Source: Pseudomonadota bacterium (GTDB lineage: Bacteria > Bdellovibrionota_B > Oligoflexia > Silvanigrellales > Silvanigrellaceae). Taken from it: a stretch of DNA of 64,000 nucleotides. The DNA lies in the NCBI GenBank assembly GCA_039799905.1, contig JBDLRP010000026.1, forward strand, positions 92,298 through 156,297, in the 5' to 3' direction. Below are positions 9,989 to 19,483 of the stretch, piece after piece (the stretch's first letter is position 1; the number at the start of each line of letters is the position of its first letter). A program made the translations under genes and the position numbers. The notes under the pieces were generated by a model, which saw nothing but the letters and a program-made list of their open reading frames with translations, was not told where the DNA came from and made no database searches.

Positions 9989-12244
9989 TCACGTCGAGGC
10001 GTCTATGGCGTCTAGTATCCTTTTGAGACAAGCCCGAAGAGCATCCAATTCAATGGGCTTGGCAATGAAATCGTTCATTCCAGCCTGCAAACAGACGTCA
10101 CGATCGACAGTCAGAGCCCCGGCGGTCATGGCAACGATTTTTGGTTGCGCATCCGCTTGGCCCTCACGGATGTGCCGTGTTGCGGTGAGCCCATCCATCT
10201 CGGGCATTTGAACATCCATGAAAACAAGATCGAAATTTCCGCTTTGAACTGCGTGAACGGCCTCGACTCCATTGCTCACGACAACCGGCAGATGACCCAA
10301 CTTTTGCAGCAGCAGGAGGATCATCTTTTGATTGACCAGATTGTCTTCAGCGACCAAGATCCGAAGAGCCCTTGCCCCTGCCTTATCTGAGCCAGCGACT
10401 CTCGCCATTGAACTCGAAATGAGTCCTTGAGCTTCGCGGCTCGGCTTATCACTTATGGTGCTTTTGGACTCCGACTCGCGACGCAAGTCCAGCACAACAT
10501 CCATAGTGGCGTGTTCTGTGCGACGCATGGGAAGAACAAATACGAATTCCGATCCACGCCCAAGTTGACTTTCAACGTGAATTTTACCGCCCATCAATTC
10601 AACAAGTCTCTGACAAATCGTCAGACCAAGTCCGCTGCCACCGTAACGTCGGGTTGTACTTGAATCTGCCTGTGTGAAAGCCTGAAACAACTTCTTCATC
10701 TGTTCTTCTGTTAGTCCGATGCCAGTATCTGAAACCGCAAAGCGGACCATGCATTCTGAAGCACTTGAGCTCTCTCTGCGGATCGAGATTCCAATTTCTC
10801 CCTGCTCAGTGAACTTAATGGCATTATTGATGAGGTTGAGAAGAACCTGTCGCAATCGGACGCTGTCGGCCATCCACAATCCAGACACATCTGGTGCCGA
10901 TTGAAACTTGATTTTTAAACCCTTGCGAGTGGCGGCTGTCTGCAGGGCATCCCGAACAGCTGTTGCGCAACCTTCAAGATCTGTCGGTATCATCTCAATC
11001 TCAAATTTGCCGGATTCAATTTTACTGAAGTCGAGCACATCATTAATAACCTTGAGCAGCACCTCTCCACACTGACGAATTGTCTGAACGCATTCCTGCT
11101 GTTCCTGGTTCATTTCCGTTGTCGAGAGAAGTTCGGTCATGCCGATAACACCGTTCATGGGCGTCCGTATCTCATGACTCATGATGGCAAAAAATTCGGA
11201 CCTTGCCTTGACGGCTTTTTCCGCGACATTTTTAGCCTCCACCAATTCTGCATTGGTCTCTCTCATTTGCTGACGCGCCCTGTCGAAGGCAATCGCCAAT
11301 TGCTCGATCTCATCATTTGACCCCGTGGGTGAGCACGCAATCGGGCTTTCCACCGGAAGCGTGACTTTTTCACACAGCGTCAGAATTGGAAGTGCGATTC
11401 TTTCTCCGAATCGACGGGCAAGAAACAGCGCGAACCCAGTTAATGCGAGAGTCAACAGCAATAATTGACCAACCAGACTCACAAGAGGCTTGAAGTATTC
11501 TTCACGCGGAACACTGACGTTGAACTTGGCCTGGAGTGACTTTAATAAGGGAAAACTCTCGTCCGCCGAATAGCTTTGTGTGATTCCCTCGACACCGTTA
11601 TTCGCCATGCGGGAAGAGATGAATTGCCTGCCAACCATCTCGACACCCAACACCATTCCTTTTTCATGAGTTCGAATGTATTTTCTCTGATTTTCAATAT
11701 TCAAGTGCGTAATAACCACACCTTGCGGAGTGTCGTAGTAAATTATGGGAGCAACAAAAATGAAGTCACTGCCCTGACCGACGATGGAAACAAAACTATT
11801 TCCGCTGGTGAGTGCTGGCCTGAGAAACGAACTGTTCAGCCAAGGCGTTGGTTCAGCTGTGCTCGAATAAATAATCCGGCTGTCGAATCCAACGATTAAA
11901 GTTGTTGAAAATCCGTGCCCGTGTTCGAACTCACGCACAAGCTCTGGAAGATAAGTGCGTGCAGCCTCGGGGTCTACGAAGCTGTTAATTACGAGTCGAT
12001 TTTCGCTCAGTTGGCGGCTCGAATCCATACCAAACTGAAGGCGATGCTCCAAACTCTGCATGGATAAATAAGCCTGCAGACTTAATGAACGTTCAATTTC
12101 CTTGTTGAGCGTGAAGGCAGACTGTCCACCGACGACAATCAGAACAATAAGATTCGAAATAATAACGAATGCGGCGAAGCGCCACATTAGCTTTCTGCCT
12201 AGCCGTCCACGAAACTGAAGATCATCGAAACCGACCCACATCAC
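9989..12244 (-). CDS. Membrane hybrid sensor histidine kinase (periplasmic domain, HisKA, HATPase, REC)
   Basis: Two TM helices; H-box [29 protein letters not shown]; receiver AEDN..DVQMP..KP. Confidence 0.93.
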   Translation of the reverse strand: MMWVGFDDLQFRGRLGRKLMWRFAAFVIISNLIVLIVVGGQSAFTLNKEIERSLSLQAYLSMQSLEHRLQFGMDSSRQLSENRLVINSFVDPEAARTYLPELVREFEHGHGFSTTLIVGFDSRIIYSSTAEPTPWLNSSFLRPALTSGNSFVSIVGQGSDFIFVAPIIYYDTPQGVVITHLNIENQRKYIRTHEKGMVLGVEMVGRQFISSRMANNGVEGITQSYSADESFPLLKSLQAKFNVSVPREEYFKPLVSLVGQLLLLTLALTGFALFLARRFGERIALPILTLCEKVTLPVESPIACSPTGSNDEIEQLAIAFDRARQQMRETNAELVEAKNVAEKAVKARSEFFAIMSHEIRTPMNGVIGMTELLSTTEMNQEQQECVQTIRQCGEVLLKVINDVLDFSKIESGKFEIEMIPTDLEGCATAVRDALQTAATRKGLKIKFQSAPDVSGLWMADSVRLRQVLLNLINNAIKFTEQGEIGISIRRESSSASECMVRFAVSDTGIGLTEEQMKKLFQAFTQADSSTTRRYGGSGLGLTICQRLVELMGGKIHVESQLGRGSEFVFVLPMRRTEHATMDVVLDLRRESESKSTISDKPSREAQGLISSSMARVAGSDKAGARALRILVAEDNLVNQKMILLLLQKLGHLPVVVSNGVEAVHAVQSGNFDLVFMDVQMPEMDGLTATRHIREGQADAQPKIVAMTAGALTVDRDVCLQAGMNDFIAKPIELDALRACLKRILDAIDAST

Positions 12245-14394
12245 TTTTTCTCCACCGCGACGACAATGCCATCGGCGTCAAATTTAGCCAAAAAGTAACC
12301 AGCAGGATCCAAAGCCTCGTGTCGTTTGGGAGTAAAAACCGGATTAAATGTTCTGCTCAGACCACGATACTCAGGAAGAACCTCAAGCGCGCCGCGAATG
12401 GCCTCTCGGTCGACCCGGCCTGCCTTTTTCACTGCCTCGGAGAGAATCATGACGAGATCATACGCATGAGCAAAACCCGCAGGTGCTTGAATCTGATTGA
12501 GGACAACTGAACCGCGTGTCTTTTCAAAATACCTCAATATATTTTTCGCATTCTCCTGCGGAATGCGTGAAAATGAGAACGGCTGAAAGAATTCAACCGA
12601 GATTTTTTTGAGAGATTCGGCCGCATTTTTGAAAAAGTTATGACTTGTAATTCCCCAATGCGATAGAATCTTAATCGACGCACGACGCTCCGCAAATGTA
12701 TTGACCGCAAGCGCACCCTCCGGGGAGTTGAGAACCATCAACACGGCCTCTGCGCCCGATGCTTCCACGGCCGACGCTTGAACATTGACTTCCCCGGCGC
12801 CGCGATCCACCCACTGAACGGACACAGGCTTGAGACCCACATTCATCAGCTCTTTTTCCATCGCCTGCAGACAGCTACGCCCCCAGACCGTATTCTCGAG
12901 TAACAATGCAATTTTCTTTGTTGAGCGAACGGCCTCTCCGACTAGGAATCTGGCTACGTATTCGTCTCTGGCTCCCAAACGAAACACAAAGTTGGGTGAA
13001 CGACCGTTGTCCACAATGTCGACCGCTGCTGCCCACGGAATCAGATATGGAATCTTTTCTTCGTGAATGAAATCCAATTCAGATAGAACGACGTTGCTGT
13101 GTATTCCGCCGATGACACCAATCAAACCGGGCGTCTTCTCCAATTTTTGCAGGTTTGCGATCCCACGCAAATTGATTCCGCCGTGATCGAGTGCTTCAAC
13201 CCTGAGAGGGCGTCCGAGGATCCCCCCCTTTGCATTGATCTCTGAAACTGCAAACTCTGCTCCTGCGACAATCGACTTACCTGCAGTAGCAGCGCCCAGA
13301 CTCAAATCTGCATTGATACCGACAACCAGTTCGTTTCGTGACGAGACGCTTTCTTCAGGAAGGCTGTCATCCAGATTAAACGGTTGCGGAAGACTCAAAG
13401 AGAACTCGCGATTCCAGCGAAGGATGCTATCATTCCGAAGCGAGATAGTTTCCCTCGCAAATTCCAGCCTCTCCAGTTCAGTGAGCCGTTCGAGACGCAT
13501 TCCAGAAGCGGCGGCCTTTTCGAGCAACGCCTTTTCCCTTTGTTGTGACAAATTTCTCTGGGCCTTGACGGTGTTCTTAAGCTCCCGCATCAACCCCTGA
13601 CGCAGAGAGTCGGGCAGAGCAGAGAATTTCGCGCTGTTGAAACAAGGCAATTGCGCCGAGTAGCTGTGATTGCTGATGTTGAGGACCTTTTGCGGCTGAA
13701 TCAATTCCAGTTGTTCGATTTCCAGCAGGGAGCTTTCACTGCCCTCGACTGCATGGTCTGCTATTGCACGAGCCGTCTGGTGCGCATCGATCTGCACCGG
13801 AAGTGCACCCCACATCCGCATCTGTTCGGACATGATGGATGAACGGGCTGTTCTGATCTTGAGGCCGCGAAGATCATCCGGATTTCGTATCACTTTATCT
13901 ACCACAAAGTGCCTGAAACCGGCGTCGAAATGTTCAAAGCATTTGACTCCTTTTTTTTCAATTTCGGCGCGCAAGATGGAACCAATTTTTCCATCCAGCT
14001 GAGAGTTGGCGTCATCCCGTGACTGAAAGACAAACGGCAGGTCAATATATTCAATGGGAGGGTAAAGATGCGACAGTTGTGGGGTTGGGATGACAACAAG
14101 ATCAAATTCACCGGCAAGTAGCCGGTCGACAGCTTTTTCGTCTGAACCTGCCGACTGTCGCGAACCAATGGTCACTTTGACTTCTGGCTGCAATCCTTCA
14201 ATCAAGCGTCCCAGAGACTCGAGTGATTGATGAAGAGGTGAATCCTCAGGCTGACTGTGAACAATCTTGAAAGTGCGCACAGATTCGGCGTTCGTCCTGC
14301 CGTCCAGACGGCCCTTTAGTAGCACACTCAATAAAACTGCTGACACCACTATCAAGGAGCCAAACAGCAACACTATGGTTCTCTGCCGCAACAT
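12241..14394 (-). CDS. Fusion of TRAP DctP-type SBP and LivJ/HAAT-type ABC SBP
   Basis: N-terminal hydrophobic anchor; DctP motifs [21 protein letters not shown]; second half [40 protein letters not shown]. Confidence 0.8.
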   Translation of the reverse strand: MLRQRTIVLLFGSLIVVSAVLLSVLLKGRLDGRTNAESVRTFKIVHSQPEDSPLHQSLESLGRLIEGLQPEVKVTIGSRQSAGSDEKAVDRLLAGEFDLVVIPTPQLSHLYPPIEYIDLPFVFQSRDDANSQLDGKIGSILRAEIEKKGVKCFEHFDAGFRHFVVDKVIRNPDDLRGLKIRTARSSIMSEQMRMWGALPVQIDAHQTARAIADHAVEGSESSLLEIEQLELIQPQKVLNISNHSYSAQLPCFNSAKFSALPDSLRQGLMRELKNTVKAQRNLSQQREKALLEKAAASGMRLERLTELERLEFARETISLRNDSILRWNREFSLSLPQPFNLDDSLPEESVSSRNELVVGINADLSLGAATAGKSIVAGAEFAVSEINAKGGILGRPLRVEALDHGGINLRGIANLQKLEKTPGLIGVIGGIHSNVVLSELDFIHEEKIPYLIPWAAAVDIVDNGRSPNFVFRLGARDEYVARFLVGEAVRSTKKIALLLENTVWGRSCLQAMEKELMNVGLKPVSVQWVDRGAGEVNVQASAVEASGAEAVLMVLNSPEGALAVNTFAERRASIKILSHWGITSHNFFKNAAESLKKISVEFFQPFSFSRIPQENAKNILRYFEKTRGSVVLNQIQAPAGFAHAYDLVMILSEAVKKAGRVDREAIRGALEVLPEYRGLSRTFNPVFTPKRHEALDPAGYFLAKFDADGIVVAVEKK

Positions 14395-14519
14395 ATTTCT
14401 CTCCACGCATCATTTTTCCAAAAAATCCCCTGCCGGCGACTTTTCTACAATCTGTGCTCCCGCTAAACTCGGGTGTTGAAAGATTAACACCGCCTGCTTC
14501 AATTGCGGAGTCGCCATCT

Positions 14520-14927
14520 ATGACGCAACACGAAAACGAATCGCGAGAGATTGAGTTCATCAGACGCGAACTTGAGCTGGTGACCGATAAATTCGCCAAG
14601 GATGGCATGAGCGACATTCTGGACGAGGTGCTTGATACATTTCTCAGTGAAGCTGACTCGCTCAAGGAATCCTACAGGGTTCAGCTGGACGCATGCGACC
14701 CCGCATCTTTTGCAAAAGTTGCGCACAACCTCAAAGGAACCTTTGGAGCGATCGGGCAAACGACTTTGAAAGAGACCATGGCAGAGCAAGAGAAGATGGC
14801 GCTTTCAAGGACGGTCGTCTGGAGCGATTTAAAGAACCGGTTTGTGGATTTTCAGCGCCAATTTGACGCCCTTTTTGAAGCTGTCTCGGAAATACGCCAC
14901 AGACGCGGAACTCGCAGGCAAAATTGA
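14520..14927 (+). CDS. Hpt (histidine phosphotransfer) domain protein
   Basis: VAHNLKGTFGAIG Hpt signature; GGAG upstream of the ATG at 14520. Confidence 0.85.
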   Translation: MTQHENESREIEFIRRELELVTDKFAKDGMSDILDEVLDTFLSEADSLKESYRVQLDACDPASFAKVAHNLKGTFGAIGQTTLKETMAEQEKMALSRTVVWSDLKNRFVDFQRQFDALFEAVSEIRHRRGTRRQN

Positions 14928-14975
14928 TTTCGAAGAAGTGCCTTTTCCGGAGCATTTGCCGTTGATTTGGAAGAC

Positions 14976-15146
14976 TTAAGAGCCCTCTTTATTTTTCGCC
15001 CTTTTGCGTTCGGTGCGGCAGCGATCGGAGCAATAACGCACTTCATCCCAGCAGCGTTCCCATTTTTTTCGCCAGTTGAATGGACGACCGCAGGCCTCAC
15101 AGGGTTTGCTCGGCAAATTTGATTTTGTGTAACGTGTTTTCGTCAC
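14976..15146 (-). CDS. Small DUF2256-like Cys-rich protein (56 aa), missing from the ORF track
   Basis: Manual translation MTKTRYTKSNLPSKPCEACGRPFNWRKKWERCWDEVRYCSDRCRTERKRAKNKEGS; GTG start overlaps the upstream TGA (GTGA). Confidence 0.85.
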   Translation of the reverse strand: MTKTRYTKSNLPSKPCEACGRPFNWRKKWERCWDEVRYCSDRCRTERKRAKNKEGS

Positions 15147-16324
15147 TTGCGGCACTGCTTTTCGAATTGGCTTTCATGGATGAAGGCGGGCACTCCGTCG
15201 CCGGCACCAAACTTTTTACCGCCCTTTTCAAACTGAACACTCGCCCACTTCTTAGCAACACCGCCCGACTCTACAACCTGATACCCGCGGATATAGACCT
15301 CGAAGCCTGATTCGAGCTTGGCCAAAACCGAAGAATACGAGTTGCTCTCGGCGCGCACATTTGCAGGTCCGTCGGCAGCTATTATTTTGCAGTAGATTCC
15401 GCTTGCACCAAAGAGAACTTGATTGGTAGCTGGGCTCGGCGACGGATTTGGATTCGTCTGTCCACCCGACCCCAGACACTCTTCATTTGCAATTTTCAGT
15501 GTGACAACAGCCGCGACATCAGGCGCGAGCGAGTCACAGTTCGAAACATTCAGAGCACTCGCATCGCAGGCAAGCAAAGTTTTCTGCTGCGCAGAGTTGA
15601 ATGATTCCCCTTTTGCACTTTCAAGGCCCGTCGGGACAATCGGATCATCTACAAACCAACAATGTGGGGCGATGGTCGGACGAACCGACAATTGTGGTTT
15701 GATGACCCTGTCGCCATGACGTCCTGCCGCAACTTGCTTTGCTGTAATCACAGGCGCAACCTCATGATTGATGTCCACCTTGCACATTCGCCTACCCAGC
15801 TGATTTAAAGCTCGGCAAATTTGCGGGTCAGAAGCACGATCGGGAATGCAGTTCGGAGCAAAGCAATCTTGTCCGCTCATGCAATGCTGGACGATTCCGG
15901 TTCTTTCGATTCCCGTGTCGGGCTCGCGGCCACCGACAAGGTATGCATAAGAATTGAATTGCGTAGCCCAAAACTGGCCGCCCTGACCTTTGTCTTGGCC
16001 AACCACACGCTGCGTCAGGAAATACATACGCGACTGATCGAACGAGGTGGTGAACACACATGCTTTTTGCAAGTTCACCGCTCCCTGCGACCCGTCTCTG
16101 AGCTTTTGGCCGCGGCCATTGAATACTACTGGATTGCGTGTCCACTCACAGTATTCTTCCTGAGAGTTGAATCCTGCCGGATGCTGCTTGCCAGTTCCGG
16201 AACACGGCCAATCGACAGTGGCGATGTTTTTCTTGACTGCCACGCCCGTCGGCTGGGCATTGTAGGTCCTTTGCTTGCAGGAAAGCAAAAGAGACGACAA
16301 CAGGATTAGAATTTCGAAACGCAT
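15143..16324 (-). CDS. Cys-rich lipoprotein with C-terminal SH3b-like domain
   Basis: Lipobox LLLSC; many Cys; NPNPSPSP linker, then ANVRAESNSYSSVLAKL..WASVQ..FIHESQF. Confidence 0.7.
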   Translation of the reverse strand: MRFEILILLSSLLLSCKQRTYNAQPTGVAVKKNIATVDWPCSGTGKQHPAGFNSQEEYCEWTRNPVVFNGRGQKLRDGSQGAVNLQKACVFTTSFDQSRMYFLTQRVVGQDKGQGGQFWATQFNSYAYLVGGREPDTGIERTGIVQHCMSGQDCFAPNCIPDRASDPQICRALNQLGRRMCKVDINHEVAPVITAKQVAAGRHGDRVIKPQLSVRPTIAPHCWFVDDPIVPTGLESAKGESFNSAQQKTLLACDASALNVSNCDSLAPDVAAVVTLKIANEECLGSGGQTNPNPSPSPATNQVLFGASGIYCKIIAADGPANVRAESNSYSSVLAKLESGFEVYIRGYQVVESGGVAKKWASVQFEKGGKKFGAGDGVPAFIHESQFEKQCRK

Positions 16325-16334
16325 GTCCGCTTCC

Positions 16335-17684
16335 TTACTTCTTCGTCAGCTGAGTGACTATTTCAAATATATCCTGAGTTTCATTGATTGTCCGGCGGTT
16401 GACCGCAAGGTGAAACTGCGGACCGTAGCCGAAATTTCTCAGCTGCGAAAAAGAGCGAGGTTCTTTGACAAATCCATGCCAGACAGTCGCTTTGTATTCT
16501 CCGGAACCGACGGCTGCAGGAGTTTTGTAAAGAGTCCGCAGACGATCCAAAATCTGCGGAGCCAGATGACACGCGACACAGTCACTATCGGATTGCGATA
16601 TTTTTTTGGGATGAAGAATTTTTTGCACGGCATCAATATGTGCCGTTCGCGTTGCTGCCGACGATTCGGCATCAGGCAGCGTCGCCATGCCGGCAAGAGC
16701 CAGTTGCTTTGTTAGATTGATATCTGAAGGACTCAGGACACCTGCGGTCGTCGATGGTTTTCCTTCCTGAAACAATGTGTCATTGAAATTCGAAAACTTT
16801 CGTCCAGAAAATGTTCCTGTTTCAAATTTTTCTCCATTGCCGGAGACGGCCACATGACCGAAGGTCCATTCCTTCACACCAAGCGAACTCGTCATCCACG
16901 CAACCAAAATCAAATTCTTTTGCTGAGCCCATTGGGTTATCAGCCGGCGCAGAGCAGCTGTGTAGGTTCCGTTGCAATTGCCAAGCTCATTGCGCAATGC
17001 ATGATGAGGACGCAGGAGTTGCGGATTGCCGTCCCATGCCGGCTCCCATGCCTCACTCGCCTCAACCTTCCGCGCAACAAGGCTTGTTTCTTGAATGTCA
17101 TTTAAAAAGCCAGAGAGGTCTGTAATCATATATGCAAGGTGAATTGTAAAATCGCGCACAGCCCAAAGGCCATTGGTTTGTTTTTCAAAAGGCTGCGCCA
17201 CAAGGCGAAGAACGTTGTTGCACGCTCTGCGGCTCTCAGTTGCCTGACCAGATGCTGGACGGCACGGGTCAAAACGCATGCCGGTAATTTTCCATGATCT
17301 GTATTGGCAGGCGCTGGGGGCCAGCCCTTTGACGAGAGCGAGATGAACATCCTGACGAATAATTTCTTCATCACTAACAAAGAAGAATTGATCTTCAAGA
17401 GCAGTATCCCGACGACACTCACCTTTGCTGCCATTGAGTGCCAGCTCGGAGAATTTTTCGAAGGCCGGCTGAGGAAAGATGGTTCCCTCACTCAAAGACA
17501 ATGCATTACAAAAACCATCGCCCGCTTTTTTAAATAATGCATCCGGAGCGGCGGATGACTTTAAAGGCCAAAGCACACTCACGTCCGAGGCTGTCAACGT
17601 CTGTCCCTGTGCCGGTAGGCTTTGCAACAGAGCAAACAAAGCACCAAAGAAACTGGCAATGCAAAACAGCTGCTTTTTCATCAT
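16335..17684 (-). CDS. Secreted protein with a C-terminal CxxCH (putative c-type heme protein)
   Basis: Signal peptide ending AQG; DCVACH; RFDPC..C..LRLVAQP pattern. Confidence 0.65.
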   Translation of the reverse strand: MMKKQLFCIASFFGALFALLQSLPAQGQTLTASDVSVLWPLKSSAAPDALFKKAGDGFCNALSLSEGTIFPQPAFEKFSELALNGSKGECRRDTALEDQFFFVSDEEIIRQDVHLALVKGLAPSACQYRSWKITGMRFDPCRPASGQATESRRACNNVLRLVAQPFEKQTNGLWAVRDFTIHLAYMITDLSGFLNDIQETSLVARKVEASEAWEPAWDGNPQLLRPHHALRNELGNCNGTYTAALRRLITQWAQQKNLILVAWMTSSLGVKEWTFGHVAVSGNGEKFETGTFSGRKFSNFNDTLFQEGKPSTTAGVLSPSDINLTKQLALAGMATLPDAESSAATRTAHIDAVQKILHPKKISQSDSDCVACHLAPQILDRLRTLYKTPAAVGSGEYKATVWHGFVKEPRSFSQLRNFGYGPQFHLAVNRRTINETQDIFEIVTQLTKK

Positions 17685-17766
17685 GAAAAATATTTCCTTG
17701 TTTGTCTTTGAAGAAATAGTACCCGCAGCATCGGCTGTTGGGCAAATGGCGTCGGGTCAGCGAATT

Positions 17767-17794
17767 AAAAAAACCTCGTCTAGAAAAGACGAGG
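17767..17794 (-). terminator. Intrinsic terminator after the 17827-18501 gene
   Basis: Stem cctcgtct/agacgagg followed on the minus strand by a T7 run. Confidence 0.75.
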
Positions 17795-17826
17795 GCTGAG
17801 ATTTATTTGACTTATATCTGCAAGAC

Positions 17827-18501
17827 TCAGGGCAGAACTTTCAACGCATTCAAAAAATTCAGTAGCGAAGTTTTATCTGCAGCCGAAAGTGCAGAGCCGA
17901 GTGGCATGCTTCCCTTCGATACTTCCGATGCAGCCGCCGATGACCATTGCTTGACCGACACGAAGTCCTTCATATTCGACTGACGGCCCACATGACACGT
18001 CTGACACTTTGTGTCGATGATCGCTTTGATTCCTCCGTTATAGTCAGCCTGCAATTTTGCCATCGGATCAACGACTGGCGGCGGAGGAGCTGGCGGTGCC
18101 GGCGGCTGTGGAGCTGGTGGCGCCGGCGGCTGAGGAGCTGGTGGCGCCGGCGGCTGTGGAGCAGGTGGTGCTGGCGGCTGTGGAGCCGGTGGTGCCGGCG
18201 GCTGAGGGGTCGTTCCATCATTTACCGCTGCGTCATCATCGTCCTCATCATCGTCCTCATCGTCGTCTTCATCGTCGTCTTCATCGTTCTTTTGTTTTTT
18301 TGATTTGCCTTTCTGTTTGGTCGTCGCTCCCTGACCATCTTTTGTTTTCATACCTGACTTCTTACCAAGCTCAAGTTGCTCATCAGCAGTGCCAGAAGCA
18401 AGGCTAGCGACCGCATCTTGCGAATTGGTATTATCCGTGCCGCATGAAACGGCCAAAATGGCAGAAAAACACACCACAAATGGGAACAATGGAAACCTCA
18501 T
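17827..18501 (-). CDS. Lipoprotein cytochrome c (class I-like) on an acidic and Pro-rich tether
   Basis: Lipobox ILAVSC; (EDDD)n tract; (PQPPAPPA)5; CQTCH heme motif and distal GSMP. Confidence 0.75.
   Translation of the reverse strand: MRFPLFPFVVCFSAILAVSCGTDNTNSQDAVASLASGTADEQLELGKKSGMKTKDGQGATTKQKGKSKKQKNDEDDDEDDDEDDDEDDDDAAVNDGTTPQPPAPPAPQPPAPPAPQPPAPPAPQPPAPPAPQPPAPPAPPPPVVDPMAKLQADYNGGIKAIIDTKCQTCHVGRQSNMKDFVSVKQWSSAAASEVSKGSMPLGSALSAADKTSLLNFLNALKVLP
18086..18205. repeat. Five tandem 24-bp coding repeats (PQPPAPPA linker)
   Basis: Unit approx. ggagctggtggcgccggcggctgw, varying at synonymous positions. Confidence 0.9.
18232..18285. repeat. Tandem 12-bp coding repeats (EDDD)n
   Basis: atcatcgtcctc x2 and atcgtcgtcttc x2. 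Confidence 0.85.
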
Positions 18502-18544
18502 GAAAATCCTCCTCGATGAGATCGGAAAACAACTTCCATAGTTC

Positions 18545-18571
18545 GTATCGGCGTACTTTCAATTTTCTTTA
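18545..18571 (-). promoter_or_regulatory. Sigma-28 (FliA)-type promoter
   Basis: Minus strand TAAA-N15-GCCGATAC, about 45 nt upstream of the 18501 start. Confidence 0.75.
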
Positions 18572-18668
18572 CCGAACTTCCTAAAATTGACTTAAATACA
18601 ATTAAAACAGTAATTTAATCGAAATTATAGTAAAAAACATTTATCAAAACCGTAATTTTTATTTTAAG

Positions 18669-18700
18669 AAAAAAAATGCCGGCCACTCCATGTGGCCGGC
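18669..18700 (-). terminator. Intrinsic terminator downstream of DoxX and the candidate sRNA
   Basis: Stem gccggccac/gtggccggc with 5-nt loop, followed by A and T8 on the minus strand. Confidence 0.85.
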
Positions 18701-18708
18701 GGGAACCT

Positions 18709-18816
18709 TTCAGTCAGAACCAAGCACTCACTGTTTAGGGGGGGGGGACACAGAGAGAGTAAAATCATTGCGACAACAGGGGGGATAATTGCGCAACAAT
18801 CGAAGCCCTGACTGAA
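18709..18816 (-). ncRNA. Candidate structured RNA (multi-stem, two C-rich loops) in the DoxX 3' region
   Basis: Closing helix ttcagtcag/ctgactgaa extended by G-U pairs only on the minus strand; two internal hairpins with C6 and C10 loops. Confidence 0.5.
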
Positions 18817-18833
18817 TCTCGATACCGAATAAA

Positions 18834-19337
18834 TTAGAGCTTGCGTCCAAGCGCAGGAACAGGACCAACCTCGACTGCGCCGGCGCCCGAAAAATCATCC
18901 TCACCATCAGAGAACGACTCCGATACATTCTCGTAACCAATAAGGTTGTCGACCGACCAACGCCCTGGACCAGTTACATAGATATTGAATGCAGCCAACA
19001 ACATCACCGGAGATAATTGCAGGATTGTATATTCTTCGGCAGACACCTGACCGAACATGTAGAAACCAAATGCGCCAAGCAGGATGGGCAGCTGCATGGC
19101 GGCCGCAATCCGAGTCAGGAATCCGAACAGCAACATCACACCGCCCGCCAAATGCGCAGCTATGATTAAATGACTGAGAAGGAATGAGACAAAAGGCAAG
19201 CGCTGCCCCGATAGCAGCTGTTCCAATTGATTTGAATCCGAGATAAAAGAAACTGCAACTGCCAGTATGATAAATCCAAAAGTCACCCGAAGAGTGTCAC
19301 TGGCAACCGAACCGACTTTCTGAACATTGTTAATCAT
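18834..19337 (-). CDS. DoxX-family membrane protein
   Basis: LRVTFG, GGVMLLFGFLTRIAA, GPGRWSVD; GGAG RBS. Confidence 0.85.
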   Translation of the reverse strand: MINNVQKVGSVASDTLRVTFGFIILAVAVSFISDSNQLEQLLSGQRLPFVSFLLSHLIIAAHLAGGVMLLFGFLTRIAAAMQLPILLGAFGFYMFGQVSAEEYTILQLSPVMLLAAFNIYVTGPGRWSVDNLIGYENVSESFSDGEDDFSGAGAVEVGPVPALGRKL

Positions 19338-19379
19338 CGCGATTCTCCTTCAAGAGTTGGAACACTTCCTTCACTACTC

Positions 19380-19406
19380 TTTTCGGAGTTGTAATTCGTA
19401 ACTTGA
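19380..19406 (-). promoter_or_regulatory. Sigma-28-like promoter variant upstream of DoxX
   Basis: Minus strand TCAA-N15-TCCGAAAA. Confidence 0.5.
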
Positions 19407-19483
19407 GTTTTTTTACAACAAATTGATACTATTGATCATTATTACATCAAAAATCAAACAAAAGAAGAAAATACAAATAAAAA

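Noticed and set aside
8780..14930. Signalling module as a mobile island
   Set aside because: Looks somewhat more AT-rich by eye, but no integrase, transposase, tRNA or flanking direct repeats were seen; composition was not computed
18086..18285. Tandem repeats as a possible CRISPR array or non-coding VNTR
   Set aside because: No spacers; units are codon multiples with synonymous variation inside a CDS; no cas genes
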